Source: Nymphaea colorata
Taxonomy: Eukaryota
Direction of reading: 5' to 3'
Assembly: GCF_008831285.2 (NCBI RefSeq)
Contig: NC_045138.2
Span: 17,298,001-17,362,000 of the forward strand
DNA length: 64,000 bases
Part shown: positions 1-12,710 of the stretch, piece by piece
Layout: every line of letters starts with the position of its first letter
Numbering within the stretch: position 1 is the stretch's first letter
Notes under the pieces: generated by a model
Told to the model about the DNA's origin: nothing
Seen by the model: the letters and a program-made list of their open reading frames with translations, nothing else
Databases searched by the model: none
Translations under genes and position numbers: made by a program

Positions 1-2665
1 CACGTCTCTCTCTATCACTTAATTTTCAGCAGCCAATATCCATTCATTCTGTGTCGCCTTGCACCCCATATTGCATGACAGAAGATGATGATCAAGGATG
101 AGGACTGTAAACGGGTCGGGTAGGAAACGGATATTTCCATTCTTCTGGCCGATCAACTCACAGAACTACTTACTATTTTCACAGCAGAATGGTGCGGGCA
201 GATCATTCACGGACCTGGCAGGCTCAGTCGCTTTGGGCCCATACCAATAAATGGCATGCTTGGTTTTGAAAAGACACTGATACCTGACATCGCCAAACTG
301 TGTCCCCAATCGATCGAATAGGATGCTACTCGACGTTGACAGATTTACGGGGACTGAGTAAGTCTCAGATCCAGATTACTTTAACTGAAACTGGAAAAAA
401 GAAAAAAATCTTGACGGACAATTATAAATTGCCCACCTGGGTAAATTGTTGGGATTGAAATTTTCGAGTTCAAAGCTGCTTTATAGCTAGAGATGCTTTT
501 AACTCTAATATGTTGTTGGTGGTGACAATGGAATACATATGTATATGGCAAGGAAGAGAGAGAAAGTACACTTTCTCTCTCCCTCTCTCTGTGTTAAGAA
601 TTTCTTGGCATGAGCATGTGGGTGTGTATATGTGTGTGTGAATGGACTTTAGCTTTTAAGAGTCACTCAACCATTTAATTAGGACTGTTCAATCTAACAT
701 GATGGACAATTAAAGACAAATAATGAGAAAAATGTAACAGTGCTTTCATCTTCTAATATTAACTCACACTTTTTTCTTCTTATTTTTCTCTCAATTATTC
801 CTCATGTTTGGGTAACTCTAAATAGCATGAGTCATCATTCACTCACTATAAGGTGATCTTAGAGGAAGGCGTACCTATTCTAGTGAACTTCGACTAGTTC
901 GCTTAGTTTATTAATATATAAGACTAAGTCACTAGGATGTAGGAATATAAGCTCTTCAAGAATTTTTTCAAAATAATTGACATAACAGCATTCTTGTTCT
1001 CATAAAATGAAAGATATTTCATTGAGAAATATTGATATTTCTGATGTAAAGGAGCCATTTTGTTGGGAGAGATGTGCAGAGTCTGCCTGATCCCAATATG
1101 CACCATAATTACCTTTGATTCACATTTAGGTTATATAATAAACCAAGGCACTGCGTTCTCTAGCTAGGGGACAAGCATATAAGCAGATCTTTAAGGTTTC
1201 TTAAAATCTTAATATATATAGAATTCTCAAGTACTACCTAAACATCAACTGCTAGAACTAAGACATGAATAAACTTGGGTTTGGTTAGAGCCCATTTTAA
1301 ATACACATGATCAATAATGGCTACTTCACCTGAACCATAGTTTCAGGAAAGGTAGTTCACTTGCTTCCCTGTTCTTGCTGCATGCTTCCGCAAGCACGAT
1401 CGACGGTCGCCAACACCAATATAATACCTCCTAAAAGATAACACTTTCCTGCTATTGTCCAAGCTTGTTCAAAGCACCCGATATCAACTTGGGAGTTGAA
1501 CGGTAACTGTCTACACACAGTTCTTAATCTGAAAATGAAAACTAAAGAACTTGTGTTCCAATATGGACAAAAAGTTGGTTTGACATAACATAAGCATGAA
1601 TAATAAGTTCATGAATGAATTGATTATGCATGAATGATACCCAAGAAATATAATAACAGTCACACATTAAATAGAGGCCCCGACAAGCCTAATCGTTATC
1701 GTAAAGGGCATAATTAGACTGCAATATAATATTTCCTCAAATAAATGAAACATGATAAGTGCATAATTAGACTCTCTGGAATGGGCCTAATCTCACATTA
1801 TGTATAAATGACTGCTGTTTTCATCAAATTATGATGTGCCCCAGAGAGAGAGAGAATGTTACGTGTTTGAATGGGCTACGTCTTGACAATACATAGATAT
1901 TAATGGTGACCATGTTCATGAACTACAACTGTTTGAATACTATCGATGAACGAACCGCTAGAAATAAGTTCCACAAACTCTATGAATGGACCTAATCTGG
2001 CTCCAAATAGGATCCATGGGGACTCGACAAGATAAATTAAATACCAGAAAGAGATAGAGAAGAGAGAAAAACATATAAATCAAAGTGGGGATCAGTTAGG
2101 CAGGCGCTAGTTTTGTGCTTCTTTGGTAGAATGATAAAAGTTAGGATGTATAGAGGATTAATTCAAGCACTGTGCTGATCCTGATATTTTAATAAATATG
2201 CATACAAGTTAGTTAGGACGAAAATATTAAGTGAACAATGTTATACGTAATTATTTGTACGAGCTTTATCTTTATTGATACATACAATATTGAGTTATGT
2301 CATGGAGAAGGCTTGCGGTGTAATGTGGAGATTGTTTGAATTGTACGTTGAGAAATGGAAGCTACACATAAAAAGCGATTAGACACAGATTGGCTAAGTA
2401 AACATCAAAGCCTTACCACGATATAGAGAGACAAAAGGAGAGGAAAATAATAAAAAAAAAAACTTCCAAGTTTCTAAGTTTACACAATCGGTTTTCAACT
2501 ATTGATTTCTGAATTTATATGATGTTTATGTTCACTTGGAAAAGGTTGTGAATGGGAAATAACTATTGCGGGATGACATGCATGGCGTTTATTCATCCTT
2601 CCGAAGCACAGCGGGGTGATCCTGTATCAAGCATGTTTGTTTGATGACAATGGTCCCAGAGATAA

Positions 2666-2667
<2 letters not shown>

Positions 2668-2728
<61 letters not shown>

Positions 2729-2750
2729 TGCATATAGTTTCAAGTGTCAC

Positions 2751-2782
<32 letters not shown>

Positions 2783-2812
2783 CGCGCGTGCATATAGTTT
2801 CAAGTGTCACTA
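2668..2812. repeat. Tandem duplication of a compound microsatellite unit (TA)n(TG)n-CGCGTGCATATAGTTTCAAGTGTCAC
   Basis: Two copies with the same unique tail and different SSR lengths. Confidence 0.92.
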
Positions 2813-5800
2813 ATCCTTGCAAAACAATCAAAGACTATTTATCCCAACAACCAAATGTGATTTTGGGATGGTAGCATAGCTGGTATATTGTCGGTTAGAT
2901 TTTCATAGGTGCTATTATCTTAAACTTTACAGGGCAAGTCACAAGATTATTCGGTAGGTGTGTTGTTCCCATACCCAAGCCCTGATGCAGCCCTAGCTCC
3001 TATTGGCAAGGGGTCCGGCCAAACCCACACCTGTCTTCCCCCAATGTTGAGATAATGAATCAAATAACTCTCAATCTGTTATTCTCATTAACAATTGACA
3101 TTTAAATATTAAGATAAACTGATGAAGTTAATCAAGTTGAATTGTCAAACTCAAGTCCCCACACAGACACACACACATATACAATAAGAGTCTTCGAGGT
3201 ACTGTGTTTTATCTTACGTCCTACAACTATAAAACTATATGTGCATCGATTTCTAGGATTTTATGAGCTTTCTATTACCTCTTTCCTTTTGTTGTTTTTG
3301 GGCGAATGATTGAGAATCGTGATACTCATGCAATTTGGTATTGATTCCTCCTGCGCCCTAGACCAATTTGCGGAGTAGAGAGGTGCAGAGATGCTGCCAA
3401 TCATCTTAATGGTGTAGGGCAGAACAGGAACAAGGTCACCCCACACTACCGATGTTTTCAGATTATCTTTACGTTTACAGGGTAAGTTTATTGTGAAGAA
3501 ATTTTCTGATTATGGATCCAAAACAACCTAATGATGAAATGAGCAGACCCACTGCGGCCGCCCAGTGGATCTCAACCTACTTCCTAAACAAGGTTAGAAA
3601 CGAGGACAACCAACTTTTTAACAATTCTCTTTTTAAGCCCTTGAAGATATCCTCCATTCTTCAATACATGATTAAACTTTTTAAAAAAGGGGCATTACAA
3701 TCTACCCCTCTTAAAGTACATGAGACAGTGAGTGTGAAACCTCAGGTTTCAATATTGAACTGTGCATAGATGCCTAGATGCCACTAGAACAACCTGATTC
3801 ACTTTCATATTGGGCTTAGGCCCCCAGTTCACTTTCATATTGGGCTTAGCCCCCAGTTCGATGGATCTCAACATGCTTCCTAACAGGTTCAGTTACAGCT
3901 TGAAAAAAAAAATAAGAACCATGACAACTAACTACTTAACAACCCATTTAATAAACCCTCGAAGATCTCTGACAATTCAATACGAAACCAAAATTTTCAA
4001 AATGGGACATCACAAATGAATCATCAATCCAGTGAAAGTGAATCACAAGGAATGCTCGTAGCCATTCTAATGCTTACTGATAAATAATTAGGAGTGGTAA
4101 TTAGGACTTCCCATAGTCCAGATTCTGATATGGATATGGATCTACATCTGGTTATAGACTATCCCAAAGTGATGGTACCCCCATTGCGTGTTAGACTTGT
4201 TGAAAGCTTTGAAACTTGTGGACCCAAATTGCAGCCCATGCCCACTTGACAACAAGGCCTTCTATATTTATGTTTGGCTCATTGTATAATGTGGGTCGGG
4301 TCAACTATGAAGAAAAGGGAAAACCTAGGGTTTCCATTATTAACCAACAAGATGGCCTACTTCTCGGACATTGATGCCCGGCCAGGCCCCCAGTAACGTA
4401 AACTACATGGGAAGTTCAACGACGGGCAGCTCGGTCAGGCCCACCCCACTGAACCCTCCAAACATACGGGCAGATCCATTAAGAAATGTCTCTTGTTCAA
4501 CCAACATATGGAATATGTGTATAGAACTAAAACCTAAGCAAGATTCTCTTGTGATAAGTTTCTGATCATGGGCCAGCCAACCCCCAGGGTTAACGTGCGA
4601 ACCATGGTTAACACATGTTTTGATTTTAATATAGGGGGAAGCCCCAAGGAATACTATTATATTTGCTTTTTGGAATAAATAAAAATAATAAAGAACAAAA
4701 TCCCGAAAATTTTAAAGGATAGAAAAATTGGCACTTGTATTTGCTGCCTTTGAATCGTCCGGCCAATTCTTATAATAGTGAGAATAATTTTAGGGATTCG
4801 AAACCGAGACTACTTGGTTATGTTAGTGTGACATAAGCATATATTCTCGCTCTGTCAAGAGTTGGCAGATGTGTATTGTTGTGTAGACAAAGAGTCGTAA
4901 GCTTTCGTAAGCCCTAAATACCGCTGGAAGTAACTAAGGAATTTCCCGATTTTAGAGAAACCAGAGGAGCAAGTTGCCCTGGAAGAAGGAGAAAAAAAAA
5001 ACTGTTGCTTTGTGTTTCATTAAGAAGGAGAGAGTGATAAATGTCGACCTTCTGTAAAGTCAATGGCTTATGACTTACTTTAACTCATTGCAATTAAATT
5101 ATATGACAATTATTTCAAAAAAAATGTTGTTGCATGAGATTAAAGGGTTTGTTTCTTCAATGCAGTTGTAAACTATTATAGGCACTATGCCCTAAATCTT
5201 GCGTCACTCAATTAAGGAATAATATTAATTAAGAACGAAATAGTCTCAGCTAGCTTGTATTCCATGTTTGCATGTGTGCGTATGTGAGTGTGGGTGTTTG
5301 TGTCGGCAATGCACATGCACGGCCTTCGGCTTGAGTGCATGTATGTGTTTTTCTGCGTGTTCATGCATGCATATAGATACGTGTGTGCATGTGTGCGTGC
5401 ATACATCTTTGCAAGAAAATATGGATAATTCCTTAATTTCATTTACTTATTGAGAGGGCCCTTTAAAATTTAAAGGTTAAACCGTTGGTAACTTCAACTA
5501 AAAATTCCTGACTCCGCCATATGCGAGTAGTACTGTACGTACGTAGTTAGCCAACACAAACACAACAATTTCAGTGTCAGTTATGACCGTGGGCTCACAC
5601 TTTCGTTAATCTATTGTTTCCAGTGGGCAATATGAAAAGGTGGCGGTACCGCGGTATGGAAAATATAGCCGGGACAAAATATCCCAAAAACTAATGGAAA
5701 ACTCGTGTAATTTTGTGATATCTTGACTAGCTAAGATGAAACATTCCCAGTCCCACAGCAAAGACTGCAAGCTCGCATAAAATCTATCTGGCTTAGGTTG

Positions 5801-6911
5801 AACATGCAAACAGCTATTATGTGGCCCGTTTTCCATGCACAAGTTTCATGTTCATGGAGATGGTGAAATTCTGCCATTAAAAGCGGGACAGTGAAAAGAG
5901 AAGCTGCGTGCCTTTCATTCCTGCGTAGACCAGCCAGCCACAAGTATCACGTCATGTCAAAATGGGCGCAGTACGGTGCTCTGCTTTGCCTGTGGTTAGA
6001 GACACAAGAGCTATTATTGCTCGATTTTTATGGCCCCATTGTGGCTCTTGATTGCAGTAAGAAATTTGATCGTCTTCTTTGCTCATTGTCTTCGGGTATT
6101 TTTCTGATCAACATGTAACGTGCTTCCTCTAGTGTGTGTGTAGATATATATATATAAAACTCATTATAAACAAAAATGACAAAATCCTCAGGCTCATTTA
6201 TTACCCTACTGCTGGTATAATAACTTGGTCTAGATCTTATGTCATCCCAAAGAGCAGACTATTGCAAGAATATGGAAAATGAAAAGAAGGAAAATTCACC
6301 TGTAATCCTTGAGGTTCTACTTTCTGTCGTAGTCAGGCCCGGTTTTCCCAACATAACTGGATCAGTCAGTGCCCTGACTGATCCAGTGGCGTCCAACTCA
6401 CTTGGCCTATATATGGACCCCATCTGGGTCAGATCCATGTCGGCCCCAACCCGGACCCAGCCAACTCACGTATCCACTGGATCCAGGTAACTCTGACTCG
6501 GGGACCACCCGGTCCTTTGCAGGAACAACCGAGGGCGGAAGGGTACATTCACGGAACAGCTCGGACGGTCGAGATTGGAGCACCGAGAGACCTACGCGCC
6601 AGATCTACCGTTGGACGGGGAGCGGAAGGCCCGACGTGGGGCCCCCGGGTTGGACCAGTAGAGGACACACCAACATCATCCCACATGCCGGTGGGCCCCA
6701 CGGGCATGAAACCCCGCACATGCCCTTCTTCCCCGCCTTCTCTTCGTCCATCCCTTTTTGACTTGGCCAGGGCCCCGCTCTTAGAACTGTAGTGGCCCCC
6801 ACAGACGAACACGCCCCCCGACTTTGCTTCGTTCCTTCAGGTGGGCCCCGCAACGACGGAACAAATAATCGCCGATCATGGCTCTGCGCTATAAATAAAT
6901 TAAATAAATAA

Positions 6912-6945
<34 letters not shown>

Positions 6946-7957
6946 TTTGGGGATACTTCGTTGAGGTATATGCAGGGCAAAGTTTGGTTTTTAAATTAAT
7001 TGGATTGGATCTTGTTTTGATTTGTTTTTTTCCCTATGGAGATGCCAAACGGGCTGGAGTGGACTCCCTTTGGATCTGGGCATTCTTCAATGTGAATCAA
7101 CTGAATGTACCTTGATTGGACTCGTTAAGCTTGGATTCTGAAGCAAATCCAATTAATGAGGTCCCCAATTCATTCAGATATAATACTTAATGCAGCATTG
7201 TTGGATCCTTGTCTTTCCCCATGGATGCACAAATTTGGTCCAGGTATGTTGGATCTCAGTACATCCTAACCAGATCCATAGTTTGTATCTTTAAGAACCA
7301 ATTAGTGCCCAGGAGCACAAACAGTATAGTTGATTGAGATGGTGAAAGTCTGATCATGGTAGCTGTGTGTTCCCATCCAAATCTTGAAACAGTAGGAAGA
7401 AAAACGAAAATGCTTCCCGAGTTGCTTCAAGATCCAACTAGATTTGGAATTTGCAATCCAACCCATAAAGGGTAGTTCTGTAATTAAAAGTTGCCAGATT
7501 CTGCCCGGTGACCATGGGGACAGTTCTGCACTTTTCGTGCGTCCACCAAAATCAGTTCAAAAATGACTATACTACCCTCCGACGGACGTTGGCCTCATCC
7601 CAACTCCATCGTATACGGAAGGTTAGGGATGTCTTTTCAACTGTCGAGGAATTCCCCAGGGTAAAATAACGTAGCAGGTCGGCAATAACCTACCCAGCAG
7701 TCGCGATCGCCGATTAAATCGGCCCGACCATTTGAGCATGCTGCGGCGCCCAAGCTGCCGCAGCTCCACCGCCGTGTCCGCCCCCTCCACCACAATCATT
7801 CAGATCCTCTCCCTCTGTCGACGTCATCTCCGCCGCGGATCCTTACGCTTGTCATTTTCCCATTGGCTGGATCCTGCCCCCCCAAGCGGCTTAGAAGCCG
7901 GACTCATGCTGCCACCAAAATTTTTTTCATCAAATTACGTCGCCTTTTTAAATCCGA

Positions 7958-7963
7958 TGTCTC
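7958..7963 (+). promoter_or_regulatory. Canonical AuxRE TGTCTC ~120 bp upstream of the Aux/IAA ATG
   Basis: TGTCTC is the ARF-binding element and the position fits an auxin-inducible promoter. A short motif, so it could occur by chance. Confidence 0.5.
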
Positions 7964-8077
7964 GAAAGGATAAAGAGTCCTAGTACAATTAAAATCTACT
8001 ACTCTCTGCCGAAGAGTTGGAGGAAAGAAGAAGGAGAAGAGAAGAGAAGAAAGAGTGTGAGAAGAAAGGAGGAGGAG

Positions 8078-10664
8078 ATGGCTCTCAACTTCGATGCGAC
8101 CGAGCTGAGGCTCGGCCTGCCCGGCGACGTGCGGCCCCTCGAGAGCGAGACGCCGAAGACGGCCGGCAAGAGGATGTTTGCGGAGACGGTGGCCGAAGTG
8201 GACTGTAATCTCAAGCTGGGGGACTCGCCGAAGGCGGCCGTGGCGACAGATCTGGTGGGGAAGACGAAGGAGAACCTCCTTCCTTGCACCAACGATCCCG
8301 CGAAGCCATCAGCACCCAAGTAAGACACAGCCCTTCACTTCTCCTGAAGCCTCCTAGCCGTAGAGTTCCTTGTATGCATGGAGATTTGTTGATTCATATG
8401 AGTTTTCGTTCGTATCTCTTGCAGAGCACAGGTGGTGGGTTGGCCGCCGGTCCGGTCGTTCAGGAAGAACATCCTGGCCGTCCACTCGGCAAAGAACGGT
8501 GAAGATGGAGAGAAGGGCGGTGCGTCGTTCGTGAAGGTGAGCATGGATGGCGCACCCTACCTTCGCAAGGTGGATCTGAAGATGTACAAGAGCTACCAGG
8601 ATCTCTCCCTTGCCCTAGAGAACATGTTCAGCTGCTTTACCATCGGTGCGTTCTCGAACCCATGCATGCGTCCATGCAACCCGTGATGATGATGACGATG
8701 TTGGTTGTGGTCATGTTATTATGATACATGATGATGATATCATGCATAGGGGACGCTAGGCCATGATAATGATGATGATGATGGACGTTGTATGTGTTTT
8801 AATGAAATTGATGAGCATGCCCCACCATGATTTGCTCAATTCATGATGTGGTTGTTGGCCTGGGCTGGCTCAGCAGTGCTTGGCCTGGACCAAGCTCGGC
8901 TGGCTAGTAGGTTGTCTGTGGACTCGATTGTACGTGGCAAGACTTAGTCAAGTTTCTGTAGCTTGTCTAAGCTTGGATCTTGAAGATAAGGTTGACTTGC
9001 TTTTTCTCTCGGTCAACCCACCGGATAGTCTCTTAGCCCTTGTTAATATACCTAGACGCAGCGGGACCAGGCCGGCCATGGTCCAGGCCAAGCTAGCATA
9101 TATAGTCGAGCCATGCATGGAACTAGCTAGGCCAAGACGATTCATGAGCCGAAACCTTAGACCAAGTTACAGCCACGACGACCTTTTCATTTTCTACTTT
9201 GTTTATTTATTCATTTGTCAACTTGTATGCATCCCAATTTGTGTATATCTTACAATCATCTCCTTCTGATATTAATATTTGAGGAAAAATTCATCTTGGA
9301 CTCCTTTGAAGCAAGAGCAATAAGTTTTATTTTTCTAATCCGTAGATCCAGAGTTGTTCATCCAGTAATCATCATATGGTTTTACTTAAACTTTTGTATT
9401 TAGGGAGAAATAAACTTTGATAAGATTTAAGTGGTAGCCTACACCCACAACTGAGGCAATCTTAACCGCTGTTGCAGTTAATGCTATTTGTTGTCAATGA
9501 AACTCTTTTAATCTGATTGGTCATCCTTTTGGGTAACAGGAATGAACGGTAAGGATTTCATGAATGAAAGCAAATTGACGGACCTGCTGAATGGGTCGGA
9601 GTATGTGCCTACATATGAAGACAAGGATGGAGACTGGATGCTTGTGGGAGATGTTCCATGGGAGTAAGCCCTCATGAAATACCCAAGATCCATTTACATA
9701 AACTCACAATTGTGTTGCAATTCAAATAATTTCTCTACTTATACATGCTAATTAATTGAGTTTTTGACAAGTTTAGTTTGGACTAACTCTGGAAGTAATT
9801 ACCCCAGGATGTTTGTTGATTCCTGCAAACGACTCCGCATAATGAAAGGATCTGAGGCCATTGGACTTGGTATGTAAACTAACGTCATATTCAACTCCTA
9901 GATTCTTGCTTAATGATCCTGACTTGTATACTTGAACAATTTTGATCCCGCCCTCTGATTTATTCTCTTTGGATATTGATACCCTTCAAAAAATGGAGTT
10001 TTTTGAAAACTAGGATATGTGAAAACTTGGCTTCTGCGACCTGTTTCTCTGTTTGGGTGACAATACAAGAAACGAGAGCGGTGGTCAGTTTTTCATTCCC
10101 TTTCGAAAACATCATTTTACTAAAACTTAGTCTCCAAGTTTGAGTAATCACTCAAACACATCTTAAAACACTGTTTTGGAGGCAAAAGGAGAAACGCAAG
10201 TGAGCTTGCTGCACCAAACCCGGCCCCTTAGGGGCAAGTTTTTGTCAAAGTTGGAGGAGGAAACAACTAAAAGCCAGAAAAGTTGAAGTTGGTATGTCAT
10301 TAAGAGTTATATCATGTCATCTATTCATCAAACATTATCAACCATCAATTTCCCTAACGTGTTTCTTGATCTCGGAAGAGTCTCGTAGTTGCCATTACAT
10401 TGAAAAAAAAATCGTGTTTAGTTAGTCCATCTACATTCAAAATTCCACTCATGAATTCTGTTATCCAATACAAAACATAAAATTTTAGTCACAAATCATT
10501 TGTCTCCCTATAGTTTAATATGCATATATGATTGTTTTCTCTTTCCTTTATAGTGTTCTCGTTGTAAGACAATAAATTGAACAATGAAAAACTAATTTTG
10601 CCCTTCTTTTGTGTCTCATTTTTCAGCTCCAAGAGCAGTGGAGAAGTGCAAGAATAGGAGCTGA
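8078..10664 (+). CDS. IAA: Aux/IAA auxin-responsive transcriptional repressor (IAA14/16/17-like), ~228 aa, 5 exons: 8078-8319, 8425-8645, 9540-9663, 9808-9869, 10627-10664
   Basis: Spliced translation gives domain I TELRLGLP, domain [16 protein letters not shown], domain [20 protein letters not shown], domain [55 protein letters not shown]. All introns are GT-AG and phases are consistent (687 nt). Confidence 0.97.
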
Positions 10665-11343
10665 AGCTAAAGAAGGATGGGATTGAAGAGGAGTTATGTG
10701 TGTGATCAAGTGTCTTGTATCATGATTTGATAATAGTCGTAAAGCAAATGTGGCATAACTACTATGTACAAGAATCAATACCAGTGGTTTTAGAGACTCT
10801 TTATTTTGTAATGTGCTAGTCTGTTTGCTTGATAAAAATGTTCTTTATGTTTGTTTTCCCAAATTTTCTTATTCTTGAATTTTTATTCATTAATACCATT
10901 TTGGAAGGGATTGATCTCCTTCTAACATCTTTCCTGTTTTTAATTTTCTCATTATAAATTAAAGAATGCCCACATATTTATCTACTATTACGGATGCTAC
11001 CATAATTTAATTATTTGTCAATGGGCAGCCCATGTGATATGTTGCTGAAGTGCTTGTTGTGTTGTTGGGAATGTACAATCATGAAAGTGCCCAAGGACAT
11101 TGAATCAATGAAAGAAAAGCTTCTAGAGAGTCACAATCTATTATTCAAATGACAAGATCGATGCCCAAATGTTGCTTGATACATTTACTTGTGGTTAAAT
11201 TAATCAAAACTATCGCCAACAGTATTCATTTTTTTTTAGTTCTTTGCTAATGACTGGTCAAATATGGAAAGGCCAATAAATTATTCTGCTATGAATTAAT
11301 GCTAGAGGACCACATGCACTGCCGCAAATCATGCATGCAGTCC

Positions 11344-11384
<41 letters not shown>

Positions 11385-12350
11385 AACATTGAAAAAGAGT
11401 TTTTCATTAACCATATTTTTAGTTTTTTTTACCCTAATTAATGCGTTAGATATTTCTATTTATTCTCAAAGACATCGTCTACAATCACTGCGCACTACAA
11501 ATTTGATGAAGACAAAATCCATAAATGATTTAATCCCGTTAATCTTCTTGAGGGCACTGAATATTTTTGGGATACATATGTCAACATAGTTTTTGGAAAA
11601 CTCAATTATATATAATATGGTGATGTTTTCAATCTATTGGTACATTTTGAGCTATCCCCATTAATGAACCCGTGATTATTCATGTATCAATTTTCTGTCC
11701 ATTCATCAACTAAATTCATATCAAATACAAACAGCCAGAAATGGTCCAAGTACATCAGAAAGTTGAAATGCCGCCAGTGAAATTTCGTCTTTCTAGTAAA
11801 GTTTCTCTTCTTTCAACTGTCAAGTTCAAGAACAGGTTCATTTTGCGAGCTTATCAGCTAAATGGAGCCTAAATATTAAGCGAGCCTAGATTAAGGCAAC
11901 TCGAACTCATCTATTGCTCGAGTCGTAGGGTTGCTCTCCACCAACTCAACTGAGTCGAGCTCGGGGCTGAGCTTAATCAGATTGAACCTATGGCAAGTTG
12001 CAGTGAAGTTAAGGGGCTGATTGATCGCCATTAATATAAGGGATAGAGCCAGATTTTTTTTTTTTCATAGCACTAAATATATAGTTAACAAATTTACAAT
12101 TGGCCTTCAAGCAATGACCCTCATGGAGTTGGCCGATATAATTAAACCCAAGTCCACCAAGGTTGAACATGTAAATTCAAAGTTTCATGCCCCACAGAGC
12201 CCCTAACTTATCTGCGCCTCTGCTTAGTACCATTTCGACGTCTCTTTTGCTACGAAACTTCCAACTGCTTTGGAGTCACGCTCCTGACCATTATTTTTAA
12301 AAAATTGAAGAATTCTGCTATGAAACTTAATTAATAAGAGTATATAAAAT

Positions 12351-12710
12351 GGTGTTTGATAAGACCAGAATTATGGAATTGTAGAATTAAAATTCTGATT
12401 TTTTATGAACTGAAAATTTTGTTATCAAACAAAGAATTCGGAATTATAGGCTTCTTCTTCGTTCTATGTCACTGGTAGAATTATGATTTCAGAAACTTAC
12501 ATTTTTTTCATATCTCTTGCCATGATGGTTATATTTCATCAAGTTTAGAATTTCAGTTCTTGTTCTATGAAACACATCAATTTCATTTCATCATCAAAAT
12601 TCCAAACTATGAATCTCAAAAAGAAACTAAAACTGAAATGTTCATTCTAGTTCCAGTTTGAGGTGAATTTTTGTTTTGTAAAATTTTAATTCTATTTGCC
12701 AAAAAAAAAT
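12351..12710. mobile_element. Degenerate Tourist-like MITE (AGAATT-rich); related copy at about 51720-52008
   Basis: Starts GGTGTTTGATAAG; internal GAATTATG/TAGAATT motifs are shared with 51720-52008, which ends CAAACACCAC TTA. Boundaries approximate. Confidence 0.55.

Noticed and set aside
2589..2874. ORFs rich in YIYI/CVCV/HTHT (also 5212, 11299, 17063, 25211)
   Set aside because: Translations of dinucleotide microsatellites.
3460..4620. Possible LTR-retrotransposon remnant (TGTTAG...AACA)
   Set aside because: No paired LTR, PBS, PPT, TSD or gag/pol peptide could be supported.
6239..6853. Several overlapping 80-120 aa ORFs
   Set aside because: Stop-poor GC-rich DNA open in many frames with no recognisable domain; better explained as regulatory or repeat sequence.
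8855..9269. 129-aa ORF in Aux/IAA intron 2
   Set aside because: Overlaps a GGCCAG/CTAG-rich repeat-like insert and has no homology I can recognise.
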